A DNA stretch of 17,126 bases, from positions 1 to 17,126 of IMG/VR virus record IMGVR_UViG_2778261418_000005; one strand, 5' to 3'. Below are positions 10,281 through 17,126 of this stretch, piece by piece; the first letter of the stretch is position 1; every line of letters starts with the position of its first letter. This stretch comes from a virus. Taxonomy: Duplodnaviria; Heunggongvirae; Uroviricota; Caudoviricetes. The position numbers and the translations under genes were made by a program. The notes beneath the pieces are model-generated. The model was not told where the DNA came from, did no database searches, and saw only the letters and a program-made list of their open reading frames with translations.

Positions 10281-10973
10281 ATGTTATATGCATTTAAGCT
10301 GGGCAGAAAACTGCGCGGCGAGGAACCTTATTGCCCTGAAAAAGGCGGGAAAGGTGGCAGTTCTGATAAAAGCGCAAAGTATGCCGCAGAAGCCCAGAAG
10401 TATGCCGCAGACCTGCAAAATCAGCAGTTCAACACCATCATGAACAACCTGAAGCCGTTTACTCCTCTGGCTGATAAGTATGTCGGCAGCCTCGAGAACT
10501 TATCGTCTCTGGAAGGGCAAGGTCAGGCACTTAACCAGTATTACAACTCTCAGCAGTACAAAGATCTTGCTGGTCAGGCTCGCTATCAGAGTCTGGCGGC
10601 AGCGGAAGCAACAGGTGGATTGGGTTCCACTGCAACCGGTAATCAGTTAGCAACAATCGCACCAACGCTTGGTCAGCAATGGCTATCTGGTCAGATGAAC
10701 AACTACCAGAATCTGGCAAATATTGGTCTTGGCGCACTGCAAGGTCAGGCAAACGCCGGGCAAACATATGCCAACAATATGAGTCAGATTTCGCAGCAAA
10801 GTGCGGCTCTTGCAGCGGCAAATGCCAACAGACCATCAGCAATGCAATCTGCTATTGGCGGAGGTGCGTCTGGTGCTATTGCTGGGGCCGGACTTGCGAA
10901 ATTAATTGGTTCATCAACTCCGTGGGGGGCTGCGATCGGCGGCGGTCTTGGTCTGCTTGGCTCGTTGTTTTAA
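10281..10973 (+). CDS. Ejection (internal virion) protein, P22 gp7 equivalent, 230 aa
   Basis: A 230-aa ORF in the gp7 position; Q/N/A/G-rich with a glycine-rich hydrophobic C-terminus (GAIAGAGLAKLIG...GGGLGLLGSLF). Confidence 0.8.
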   Translation: MLYAFKLGRKLRGEEPYCPEKGGKGGSSDKSAKYAAEAQKYAADLQNQQFNTIMNNLKPFTPLADKYVGSLENLSSLEGQGQALNQYYNSQQYKDLAGQARYQSLAAAEATGGLGSTATGNQLATIAPTLGQQWLSGQMNNYQNLANIGLGALQGQANAGQTYANNMSQISQQSAALAAANANRPSAMQSAIGGGASGAIAGAGLAKLIGSSTPWGAAIGGGLGLLGSLF

Positions 10974-10983
10974 GGGGTAATCA

Positions 10984-12333
10984 ATGGCTACGTGGCAACA
11001 GGGTATTAATTCTGGTGGTTTTCTGGCTGGCATCGGTACGCAAAATGAGAATGCGCCAAAGGCAAGCGACATTAACGCAACGCTTGGTCTGATCCGCGAA
11101 AACAATGAACTGGCTCGCTCAGGTGCAAATAACATTGGTCTGACCGCGTTACGTGGTCTGGCTGGAGTTGCTGATATTTACAATCAGGAACAGCAACAGA
11201 AAGCGATTAGTGCGTTCAATAAGGTTCACGCTGATGCATGGGCTTCTGGTGATCCATCGGGACTATTTAAGTTTGCCCAGGAAAATCCAGCGTTTGTTGC
11301 ACAGGCACAACAGGCGTTTTCCGGTCTTAATGATCAGCAACGCAACGATATGGGCGATTTAGCCATGAGGGCTAACGTCGCTCTTTCTCAGGGACCGGAA
11401 GCCTACAGTAAATTCATTACTGACAACAAGGACAGGTTAAATCGCGTGGGGGCGAATGCTGACTGGATGATTCAGACAGGTATCCAGAATCCAGAGCAGC
11501 TATCACACATGCTGACTACTATGTCTCTCGGTGCGCTTGGACCAGAAAAGGCGTTTGCTGTTCAGGATAAGATGGTTGGTCGCCAGCAGGAGCAGCAAAG
11601 AATTAACGAAACCATTCGCAATAATGACATGACGAATGCGAGGGCTATTAGGGGGCAGGATCTTTCCTATAAGGCTCAAATGGCAAGACTGAATCACGAC
11701 AAGTATGTGTTTAAGCAGTCACAGGCGGCCCTTGAAAGAGCAGGACAACCTCAGGATATGGATGTTTTGTCTCTTAACTCACAGATAGCAGCGACGGGAA
11801 TTGATCCGCTAACCGGTAAAGCTGCAACGTCAGCCAGAATGTCTCAGGCTAAGAGATGGCTTGATGGCAACAATAATTACAACAATGCGTTGATTACTGG
11901 TGAGCGAGGGATAGAGAAAATAGATTCTTTGCTTGGTAAGAAGGAGCTTGAAGGTATCGGTCGCTTCGAAGGAAGAAATATAGATGGCTTCACAAGTGCT
12001 GAAGGGCTTGCAAACCGTAATGCGATAGAAGAATTAAAGTCGGGTGCGTTTGTCCAGAACGTGCAGACTATGCGAGGTATGGGTAGCCTCTCCAATGCTG
12101 AAGGACAAAAACTGGAAAACCTTATCGCGAAACTCGATATAACACAGCCTGAAGAGGTCGTCAGAAAACAGTTATCTGAAATCCGATCGCAATATTCTGT
12201 ATTTCAAAAGGTTGCAGCAAGGGAGGCTGAATCAATGGGATATAGTTCATCAGGTTATGACACATATGTTAGTGAGCGAAAATCAGGAAGCGACAGCAAT
12301 AAGTCCGGTTTCTCGTCTTTATGGGGTGATTAA
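10984..12333 (+). CDS. Ejection (internal virion) protein, P22 gp20 equivalent, 449 aa
   Basis: A 449-aa ORF in the gp20 position, same strand, 10-nt gap after the gp7 equivalent. Confidence 0.8.
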   Translation: MATWQQGINSGGFLAGIGTQNENAPKASDINATLGLIRENNELARSGANNIGLTALRGLAGVADIYNQEQQQKAISAFNKVHADAWASGDPSGLFKFAQENPAFVAQAQQAFSGLNDQQRNDMGDLAMRANVALSQGPEAYSKFITDNKDRLNRVGANADWMIQTGIQNPEQLSHMLTTMSLGALGPEKAFAVQDKMVGRQQEQQRINETIRNNDMTNARAIRGQDLSYKAQMARLNHDKYVFKQSQAALERAGQPQDMDVLSLNSQIAATGIDPLTGKAATSARMSQAKRWLDGNNNYNNALITGERGIEKIDSLLGKKELEGIGRFEGRNIDGFTSAEGLANRNAIEELKSGAFVQNVQTMRGMGSLSNAEGQKLENLIAKLDITQPEEVVRKQLSEIRSQYSVFQKVAAREAESMGYSSSGYDTYVSERKSGSDSNKSGFSSLWGD

Positions 12334-14492
12334 TGGCTAAAGCATGGAAAGATGTTATCGCTTCTCCACAGTATCAGGCGTTAACTGAAGAACAGAAAGC
12401 ACAGGCTCAAGCGCAATATTTTGATGAGGTTGTTGCCCCTAAGGCTGGTGACAAATGGGCTGAAGCAAGAGATCAGTTTTATGCAGCATACCCTCCGCAT
12501 CAGCAGCAGAAAGAAGAACCATCATTGATGCAACAAGCTGGCGATTGGCTCACAGGTGGTCAAAGTGCAGGGCAAATTGCAGAACAGGCTGGTCGTGGTC
12601 TGGTAAACATACCATTTGACGTATTGCAGGGTGGCGCAAGTCTGATTAATGCAATCAGCCAGGGGCTTGGTGGCCCCAAGGTTTTGGATGATGTTTATCG
12701 CCCTGTCGATCGACCGACAGACCGTTGGGCGCAAGCCGGTGAAACATTTGGTGGGTATCTCCTGCCAATTGGCACAGCGGCAAAAGCTGCTGGAGCGACA
12801 GCAAAGCTCGCAGGAGACATCGGTTCCGCAGGAAACATGATTGCAGGTTCTCTTGCTGATGCTGCAAATCAGGAGGGTGATTTTGCACAAAATGCTGCCA
12901 TTAACGGTGGTATCAATTTTGGTGCTCAAGGCGTTCTTTCAGGTGTCGGGCGCGTTATTGCGCCAAGGGTTTCACAGGCTCTTGGTGGTGCAGCACTGAA
13001 TTCTGCTAATGATGTTTCCAGGATGGCAAAGTCAGGTGCTGGGCGTCAGTCAATTGCCAGTCAGGCCGCTAATGTGTCCGAAGATGTAGCAAAAGCGGCT
13101 GAGTCTGCTGGAATTGATATAAACGCATTAACACCAGGAATGCGATCTGGAAGTCGTGGAATTGCACAAGCCGAAGGCGCATTGGCATCAACACCAGGAA
13201 TTGTTCAGGACGCCCATCAGGCAGCATTTAACGAAATATCATCAAAGTTAAGTCGAAACCTTGATGAATTTGGGGCCGCATCTGGAACGGCATCAGAAAA
13301 AAGTGCGGCTATAAAACAAAGGATTCTTCAAAATCTTGATCAGATGAAGGATGCCGAGCGCGCGGCATGGGATGACGTGCGGTCAACAATGCCAAATCAA
13401 AAAGCAAGAATGCTAAATGGTAATGCCGTTATTCAGGCAGAGCGATCTGCCGGCATACCGCTTACTCCTGAAATGAAACAGTTTGTTCAGGCAAACAATC
13501 AAGGTGGAGTAACATTTGATGGCATGAAAGCATGGAGAGCGAAATTTGCTGATGCGGAGCAAAAATATAAGCGTAGCGGAGAGGCAAATGCGGCAAGGAG
13601 AGCAGGGGAAATACGCCGGGCAATTACTGATGATATGCGCACAATGGCGGAAAACGGCGGATTTCTTGATGACTGGCAAAAAGCTAATGATCTGTCTAAA
13701 GCGAGGTTATCAGCACAAGAGAGTGCAGAGTCTGTTTTCGGGCGTGATTTGGCAACAGATGCACTGATTACGAATGGAGTAAAATCCCTTCAATCATCGT
13801 CAGCTAAAGGTCTTAATGGTCCTGCTGGATTCCATTCTATGATCCGCGCTCTGCCAGAATCAGAGCGTGTTCCTGCTATATCATCAATGTTGAAGGATGC
13901 CATCTCGCATGGTGTACGTGGTGGCAAAGCTGATGCAGCAGGAATTAACCATATCGCAGAGATACTCACTCCACAAAATGTAAAAGCCATTAGCCGATAT
14001 TCCTCAGAGCTTGGAAGAATTGCTGATGCATATGGCACTCTTGCAAGAGCAGCAGTGAAACCTCAGCAGTATATTGAAAGAACAGGGAGAACTGCCAATG
14101 TACTACGCGATCTGGATGCCGGTTTATCCAACATCACATCAGCAGTGTTAAATGCAATTGCCAACTCAACATCAGGTGCCATTGTTGGTGGCGCTGGAGG
14201 GGGCATTGCAGGCGCTGCCGTGGGTGCTTTAGTTGGCGCTGGGTTAAAAGGCGCTGTATCTAAAATTGCCACCACACGTAGTGGTCGATATGCGATAGAG
14301 AAAGCTGTTCAGGAAGCCACCAAAGCAGTAAGAGCTGGCGGAAGTAAAGAAGCATTAGCGGCGGCGGAACGCAGATTTATGGCAAATAAAGCCGCCGTAA
14401 AAGCAATACGTGATGCAGTTGGAAACGAAGAGTTCAATCGCTTAGCGAGGGCTGGCATTGTAGCGTCGCTAAGCGGAATAGCACAGGAGTAA
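12333..14492 (+). CDS. Ejection (internal virion) protein, P22 gp16 equivalent, 719 aa
   Basis: A 719-aa ORF in the gp16 position; translationally coupled to the gp20 equivalent (TAATG at 12331-12335); glycine-zipper-like hydrophobic segment near the C-terminus ([27 protein letters not shown]). Confidence 0.8.
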   Translation: MAKAWKDVIASPQYQALTEEQKAQAQAQYFDEVVAPKAGDKWAEARDQFYAAYPPHQQQKEEPSLMQQAGDWLTGGQSAGQIAEQAGRGLVNIPFDVLQGGASLINAISQGLGGPKVLDDVYRPVDRPTDRWAQAGETFGGYLLPIGTAAKAAGATAKLAGDIGSAGNMIAGSLADAANQEGDFAQNAAINGGINFGAQGVLSGVGRVIAPRVSQALGGAALNSANDVSRMAKSGAGRQSIASQAANVSEDVAKAAESAGIDINALTPGMRSGSRGIAQAEGALASTPGIVQDAHQAAFNEISSKLSRNLDEFGAASGTASEKSAAIKQRILQNLDQMKDAERAAWDDVRSTMPNQKARMLNGNAVIQAERSAGIPLTPEMKQFVQANNQGGVTFDGMKAWRAKFADAEQKYKRSGEANAARRAGEIRRAITDDMRTMAENGGFLDDWQKANDLSKARLSAQESAESVFGRDLATDALITNGVKSLQSSSAKGLNGPAGFHSMIRALPESERVPAISSMLKDAISHGVRGGKADAAGINHIAEILTPQNVKAISRYSSELGRIADAYGTLARAAVKPQQYIERTGRTANVLRDLDAGLSNITSAVLNAIANSTSGAIVGGAGGGIAGAAVGALVGAGLKGAVSKIATTRSGRYAIEKAVQEATKAVRAGGSKEALAAAERRFMANKAAVKAIRDAVGNEEFNRLARAGIVASLSGIAQE

Positions 14493-14816
14493 TTAATCAT
14501 CCATGGATGGATTGAGCTTATCTCGTGTTGATGTGGCGATTTGCCCTACATTCCTAAGCCAAGATTTCAAATCCTTGATATTGTCATTGATTTCATGAAT
14601 ATCTTCTTTTTTTAGTCTGTTAATATTATTCTCAATAATTTCAATGGATTGCTCAATATCAGATATAGTGAATGATAGTTTGTTCTTCTCATCTTTTATT
14701 GAGTTTTTAAGTGCTTCGTTCTCAGTCTTGAGGTCAGATATCTTTTGTTTTAAAGATGCCAGTTGGTACTGAACCACAATGAGTGCGATAGCTATCACGA
14801 TAACTGTTGTATACAC
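14493..14816 (-). CDS. Hypothetical membrane-anchored coiled-coil protein, 107 aa (accessory/moron gene)
   Basis: GTG start at 14816 preceded by AAGGAGG with a 5-nt spacer; N-terminal hydrophobic helix (YTTVIVIAIALIVV) followed by a K/E/N/I-rich heptad-like segment; strongly AT-rich compared with the flanking structural genes; stop codon abuts the gp16-like stop (TAATTA at 14490-14495). Confidence 0.55.
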   Translation of the reverse strand: MYTTVIVIAIALIVVQYQLASLKQKISDLKTENEALKNSIKDEKNKLSFTISDIEQSIEIIENNINRLKKEDIHEINDNIKDLKSWLRNVGQIATSTRDKLNPSMDD

Positions 14817-14933
14817 ACCAACCTCCTTAGTTTTGAGCAGGATACCATGAAAAAAGTAAACATCTTTTGCCTACTTCACATTTGAATGGTTTGTCATTAG
14901 GATGTTTCCGGTTTTTTAAATATGGAAATTGAT

Positions 14934-15353
14934 ATGAAGAGGATTATTGGCGTCGTTGCTGGCGCTATGATGTTATCTGGGTGCGCAACTATTGTTGGTG
15001 ATGAAACGCAACTTGTGCAAGTGAACAGCAACCCTTCCGGTGCGAGCTTTAAGGTAAAAGATGAATCAGGCGTGATTGTTGCGCAAGGCAAGACTCCACA
15101 AGGAGTAACTCTTGCCAAGTCAGATGGTAGTTATTTTGGCAAAAAGAGCTACCAGATCACTATGGAAAAGGATGGGTACGAACCAGTTACCCTGCCAATC
15201 AAAGCCAATGCTAATGGTTGGTATATTGGTGGAAACCTTGTGTTTGGTGGGTTAATCGGTTGGCTTGCTGTTGATCCATTTAATGGTGGGATGTATACAT
15301 TGAAGCCAAAAGAGGCAAATGCATCTCTTATACCTTCTACGAAGCAAGATTAA
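14934..15353 (+). CDS. Putative lipoprotein with a PEGA-like domain and a glycine-rich C-terminal segment, 139 aa
   Basis: Signal peptide MKRIIGVVAGAMMLSGC with lipobox LSG-C; a following segment (NPSGASFKV...GKTP...KDGYEPV) resembles the PEGA domain pattern; C-terminal GWYIGGNLVFGGLIGWLAVDPFNGGMY. Start at 14934 preferred over the track's 14922. Confidence 0.7.
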   Translation: MKRIIGVVAGAMMLSGCATIVGDETQLVQVNSNPSGASFKVKDESGVIVAQGKTPQGVTLAKSDGSYFGKKSYQITMEKDGYEPVTLPIKANANGWYIGGNLVFGGLIGWLAVDPFNGGMYTLKPKEANASLIPSTKQD

Positions 15354-15358
15354 GAAAT

Positions 15359-15386
15359 GAAACCCACCGTCAGGTGGGTTTTTTAT
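15359..15386. terminator. Bidirectional intrinsic terminator between the convergent lipoprotein and peptidase genes
   Basis: AAACCCACC-GTCA-GGTGGGTTT hairpin with a T-run downstream on the + strand (TTTTTAT) and a T-rich run on the - strand (TTTCATTTCTT); lies between the stops at 15353 (+) and 15410 (-). Confidence 0.6.
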
Positions 15387-15409
15387 AAGGAGTAATCATG
15401 ATTTACCCA

Positions 15410-15946
15410 TCAAACAACCCACCAGTTTGCCTGATTGGATACCAGCCTTGCAGTTTTTATGGAATTAATTATGCCATGCTCAAGAGCCTTGTTAGCATCC
15501 AAAATGGTCGAGTCTGCTATCAGGGATGCCCACCTAATATGGGTTCCGATGTCGATATTGAACGCCTCAACGAAGCGATCAAGATCGTTATCGAGGCATT
15601 TCCCGTACTCTCTCAATCTGGCATGGTCGGCGGCTGGGGTGGCAAAGCCCCATAATAGAGGATGTAACAGGAATCTTGATAATGGGTTTGCGAAACGTTC
15701 TGAGCCAGCCAGGAAAACGATATTAGCTATGGATTCAACATTGCTTATGTTGTGAGTTCTAACGGTAACAGGGAGTGACTTAAGAAAGTTATACGCAGTA
15801 AAGCCAGCGGCAGTTTCCCCTCCCTGACTTGATATATGGATATTTAATTCAGTTGCGCCCTGAGATAATGCGGTGAGACAGTGGTTCTGAAGTTGCCCAA
15901 CAGTGGCAGTGTTAACGGGGCATAAGAAATGAATTGTGTGCAGCAT
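15410..15946 (-). CDS. Minimal ClpP-fold (peptidase S14-like) serine peptidase, 178 aa
   Basis: Collinear match to the ClpP core as I recall it: NIHISSQGGETAAGFTAYNFL against ClpP YINSPGGVITAGMSIYDTM; SIANIVFLAG against catalytic-Ser SMGAFLLTAG; LLHPL against MIHQP (His); a D-S-T segment near the ClpP Asp position; C-terminal HGIINSI against YGLVDSI. Start codon overlaps the stop of the upstream Mnt-like gene (TAATG). Confidence 0.7.
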   Translation of the reverse strand: MLHTIHFLCPVNTATVGQLQNHCLTALSQGATELNIHISSQGGETAAGFTAYNFLKSLPVTVRTHNISNVESIANIVFLAGSERFANPLSRFLLHPLLWGFATPAADHARLREYGKCLDNDLDRFVEAFNIDIGTHIRWASLIADSTILDANKALEHGIINSIKTARLVSNQANWWVV

Positions 15947-16182
15947 TATTTTTCATCCTTACCATACATGGTCTTTAGCGTCTCAAGCAGCGCCTCCCTG
16001 AATTTGTCAGCCTCTTTCTGAGCAAATTCATTGCTATTAAGCGATCTACCACAAACAGCATCTTCGATAATCTGTATTATTTCAGCATTCATGGAACGCT
16101 TGTTATGTTGCGCCCTAGCTTTAACCTTTGCCTTTAACTCTTTGGAAATTCTAATATTTATTTGCGGCTCTTCGCGTGACAT
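15946..16182 (-). CDS. mnt: Mnt-like ribbon-helix-helix repressor, 78 aa
   Basis: N-terminal RHH pattern (INIRISKELKAKVKARAQHNKRSMNAEIIQIIEDA) similar to my memory of P22 Mnt; divergent from the arc-ant genes as in P22 immI; GGAGG 4 nt upstream of the ATG. Confidence 0.82.
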   Translation of the reverse strand: MSREEPQINIRISKELKAKVKARAQHNKRSMNAEIIQIIEDAVCGRSLNSNEFAQKEADKFREALLETLKTMYGKDEK

Positions 16183-16205
16183 ATCACCTCCATAGCATTT
16201 TGGTG

Positions 16206-16234
16206 ATATTACTATTGCATCACTGCGATCACAA
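16206..16234 (-). promoter_or_regulatory. Candidate Pmnt promoter (leftward)
   Basis: On the - strand: -35 TTGTGA (16229-16234), 17-bp spacer, -10 TAATAT (16206-16211); about 25-30 nt upstream of the mnt-like start. Confidence 0.4.
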
Positions 16235-16243
16235 TGGTATAAC
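16215..16243 (+). promoter_or_regulatory. Candidate Pant promoter (rightward), overlapping Pmnt
   Basis: -35 TTGCAT (16215-16220), 17-bp spacer, TG-extended -10 TATAAC (16238-16243); about 28 nt upstream of the arc-like start. Confidence 0.45.
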
Positions 16244-16253
16244 GGTTATACCA
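16235..16253. promoter_or_regulatory. Perfect 19-bp palindromic operator candidate (Mnt-like operator)
   Basis: TGGTATAAC-G-GTTATACCA is exactly self-complementary around the central base; overlaps the candidate Pant -10 and start site, as the Mnt operator does in P22. Confidence 0.55.
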
Positions 16254-16270
16254 AATTGATTGGAGGTAAT

Positions 16271-16444
16271 ATGATAGTCAAGTCAGACGCACCAAAGTAC
16301 CCTTTGCGCATCCCATTAGAGGTTAAGTTAGCAATCGAGAAGTCAGCGAAAGAAAATGGTCGCTCAATAAATACCGAGATGGTAATGCGGTTGGTGGATA
16401 GTTTAAGGCGGGATAGTTCTAAAGGTAATCTAGCAAAAAGTTGA
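16271..16444 (+). CDS. arc: Arc-like ribbon-helix-helix repressor, 57 aa
   Basis: [38 protein letters not shown] aligns in length and pattern with my memory of P22 Arc (MKGMSKMPQFNLRWPREVLDLVRKVAEENGRSVNSEIY); GGAGG at 16262-16266; directly upstream of ant. Confidence 0.8.
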   Translation: MIVKSDAPKYPLRIPLEVKLAIEKSAKENGRSINTEMVMRLVDSLRRDSSKGNLAKS

Positions 16445-16507
16445 AGCCCCAACTGCGGGAACAGTCAGGGCTTCGGTTGTCAGTAAATCCGTGGAGAAAA
16501 ACCAACA
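16433..16507 (-). ncRNA. Candidate sar-like antisense small RNA covering the ant ribosome-binding site and start codon
   Basis: On the - strand: a TATACT -10 element (16513-16518) inside the ant 5' end, then about 70 nt downstream a hairpin (16443-16474) followed by a T-run (AACTTTTTGCTA). The size and placement parallel the roughly 69-nt sar RNA of P22. Promoter -35 is weak; ends are approximate. Confidence 0.4.
16443..16474 (-). terminator. Hairpin acting as a terminator on the - strand only (arc-ant intercistronic region)
   Basis: GAAGCCC...GGGCTTC stem with an inner ACTG/CAGT stem; followed by a T-run only in the - orientation, so rightward arc-ant transcription would read through. Confidence 0.5.
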
Positions 16508-17126
16508 TGAATAGTATAGCAATTTTAGAAGCAGTGAACACCTCTTACGTACCATTCAACGGTCAGCAAATTATCACCGCCATGGCTGCCGGAGTTGCAT
16601 ATGTTGCGATGAAGCCAATCGTTGAAAACCTTGGAATGAGCTGGTCAACGCAGCAAACAAAACTCATGAAGCAGATTAGCAAATTCAACTGTGTTCATAT
16701 GAACATGGTTGCTGCTGATGGGAAGCTTCGTAAGTTACTCTGCCTTCCTTTGAAGAAGTTAAATGGATGGCTGTTCAGCATCAACCCTGAGAAAGTTCGT
16801 GCTGACATCCGTGATAAACTTATTCAGTACCAGGAAGAATGCTTTACTGTGCTGCATGACTACTGGACGAAGGGAAAGGCAGAAAATGCACGTAAGAAAA
16901 CATCTGTTGATGACAGGACTCCGCTTCGTGATGCTGTAAATATGCTGGTCAGCAAAAAGCATCTAATGTACCCAGAAGCTTATGCAATGATTCATCAGCG
17001 TTTCAATGTGGAAAGTATTGAAGAGCTTGATGCATCTCAGATACCGAAAGCCGTAGAGTACATCCACAGGGTAGTGCTTGAAGGTGAGTTCATTGGCAAA
17101 CAAGAGAAGAAAACCAACGAGCTTTC
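16507..17126 (+). CDS. ant: Antirepressor Ant, N-terminal part (ORF continues past the window end)
   Basis: Open frame from the ATG at 16507 to the window end with no stop (206 codons); N-terminus [21 protein letters not shown] matches my memory of P22 Ant; located immediately after arc as in P22 immI. Confidence 0.8.
   Translation, partial: MNSIAILEAVNTSYVPFNGQQIITAMAAGVAYVAMKPIVENLGMSWSTQQTKLMKQISKFNCVHMNMVAADGKLRKLLCLPLKKLNGWLFSINPEKVRADIRDKLIQYQEECFTVLHDYWTKGKAENARKKTSVDDRTPLRDAVNMLVSKKHLMYPEAYAMIHQRFNVESIEELDASQIPKAVEYIHRVVLEGEFIGKQEKKTNEL

Noticed and set aside
14922-14933. Upstream ATG (14922) for the lipoprotein gene (MEIDMKR...)
   Set aside because: No Shine-Dalgarno ahead of it; the ATG at 14934 yields a canonical lipoprotein signal peptide beginning MKR and has a GGAAA 5 nt upstream.
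14817-14933. Promoters in the divergent intergenic region between the 107-aa gene and the lipoprotein gene
   Set aside because: Only weak -35/-10 matches were found (for example TTGTCA, 17 bp, TTTTAA for the rightward gene); not strong enough to annotate, although promoters must exist here.
15398-15755. Two + strand ORFs (85 aa at 15398-15655 and 106 aa at 15435-15755) overlapping the ClpP-like gene
   Set aside because: They lie entirely antisense to a - strand ORF with clear ClpP-family motifs and translational coupling to the Mnt-like gene; no start context or motifs of their own. Treated as shadow ORFs.
16256-16270. TTG start (16256) extending the Arc-like ORF by five codons (MIGGN...)
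   Set aside because: These codons are the GGAGGT Shine-Dalgarno itself; the ATG at 16271 gives an N-terminus collinear with P22 Arc.
1-17126. CRISPR arrays, tRNA/rRNA genes, integrase or attachment sites, transposases or IS elements
   Set aside because: No spaced direct repeats, no cloverleaf-like conserved tRNA features and no recombinase-like ORFs were seen; the window is internal to the phage genome (late operon to immI) and would not be expected to contain int or att.

Overview
This window is the late (virion morphogenesis) operon and the immunity-I region of a P22-like temperate podovirus or prophage, judged from gene order, protein sizes and recognisable sequences. On the + strand it runs: a small upstream ORF, small terminase (with a pac-like site inside it), large terminase, portal, scaffold, coat, an acidic PE-repeat small ORF, then the gp4, gp10, gp26 (tail needle), gp14, gp7, gp20 and gp16 equivalents, many joined by ATGA/TAATG overlaps. 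After the last ejection-protein gene the composition turns AT-rich and the layout changes to a small accessory island: a membrane-anchored coiled-coil protein (-), a PEGA-like lipoprotein (+), a bidirectional terminator, and a minimal ClpP-fold serine peptidase (-) translationally coupled to an Mnt-like ribbon-helix-helix repressor (-). This is followed by divergent overlapping promoters with a perfect 19-bp palindromic operator, an Arc-like repressor, a candidate sar-like antisense RNA, and the 5' part of the ant antirepressor gene, which runs off the window end. The Mnt-like/ClpP-like pair and its neighbours, sitting where P22 carries superinfection-exclusion functions, are the most likely place for an undescribed system. 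No rRNA, tRNA, CRISPR array or transposase was seen. All homology statements rest on reading the translated ORFs and on memory of P22-family proteins; no database search was run.
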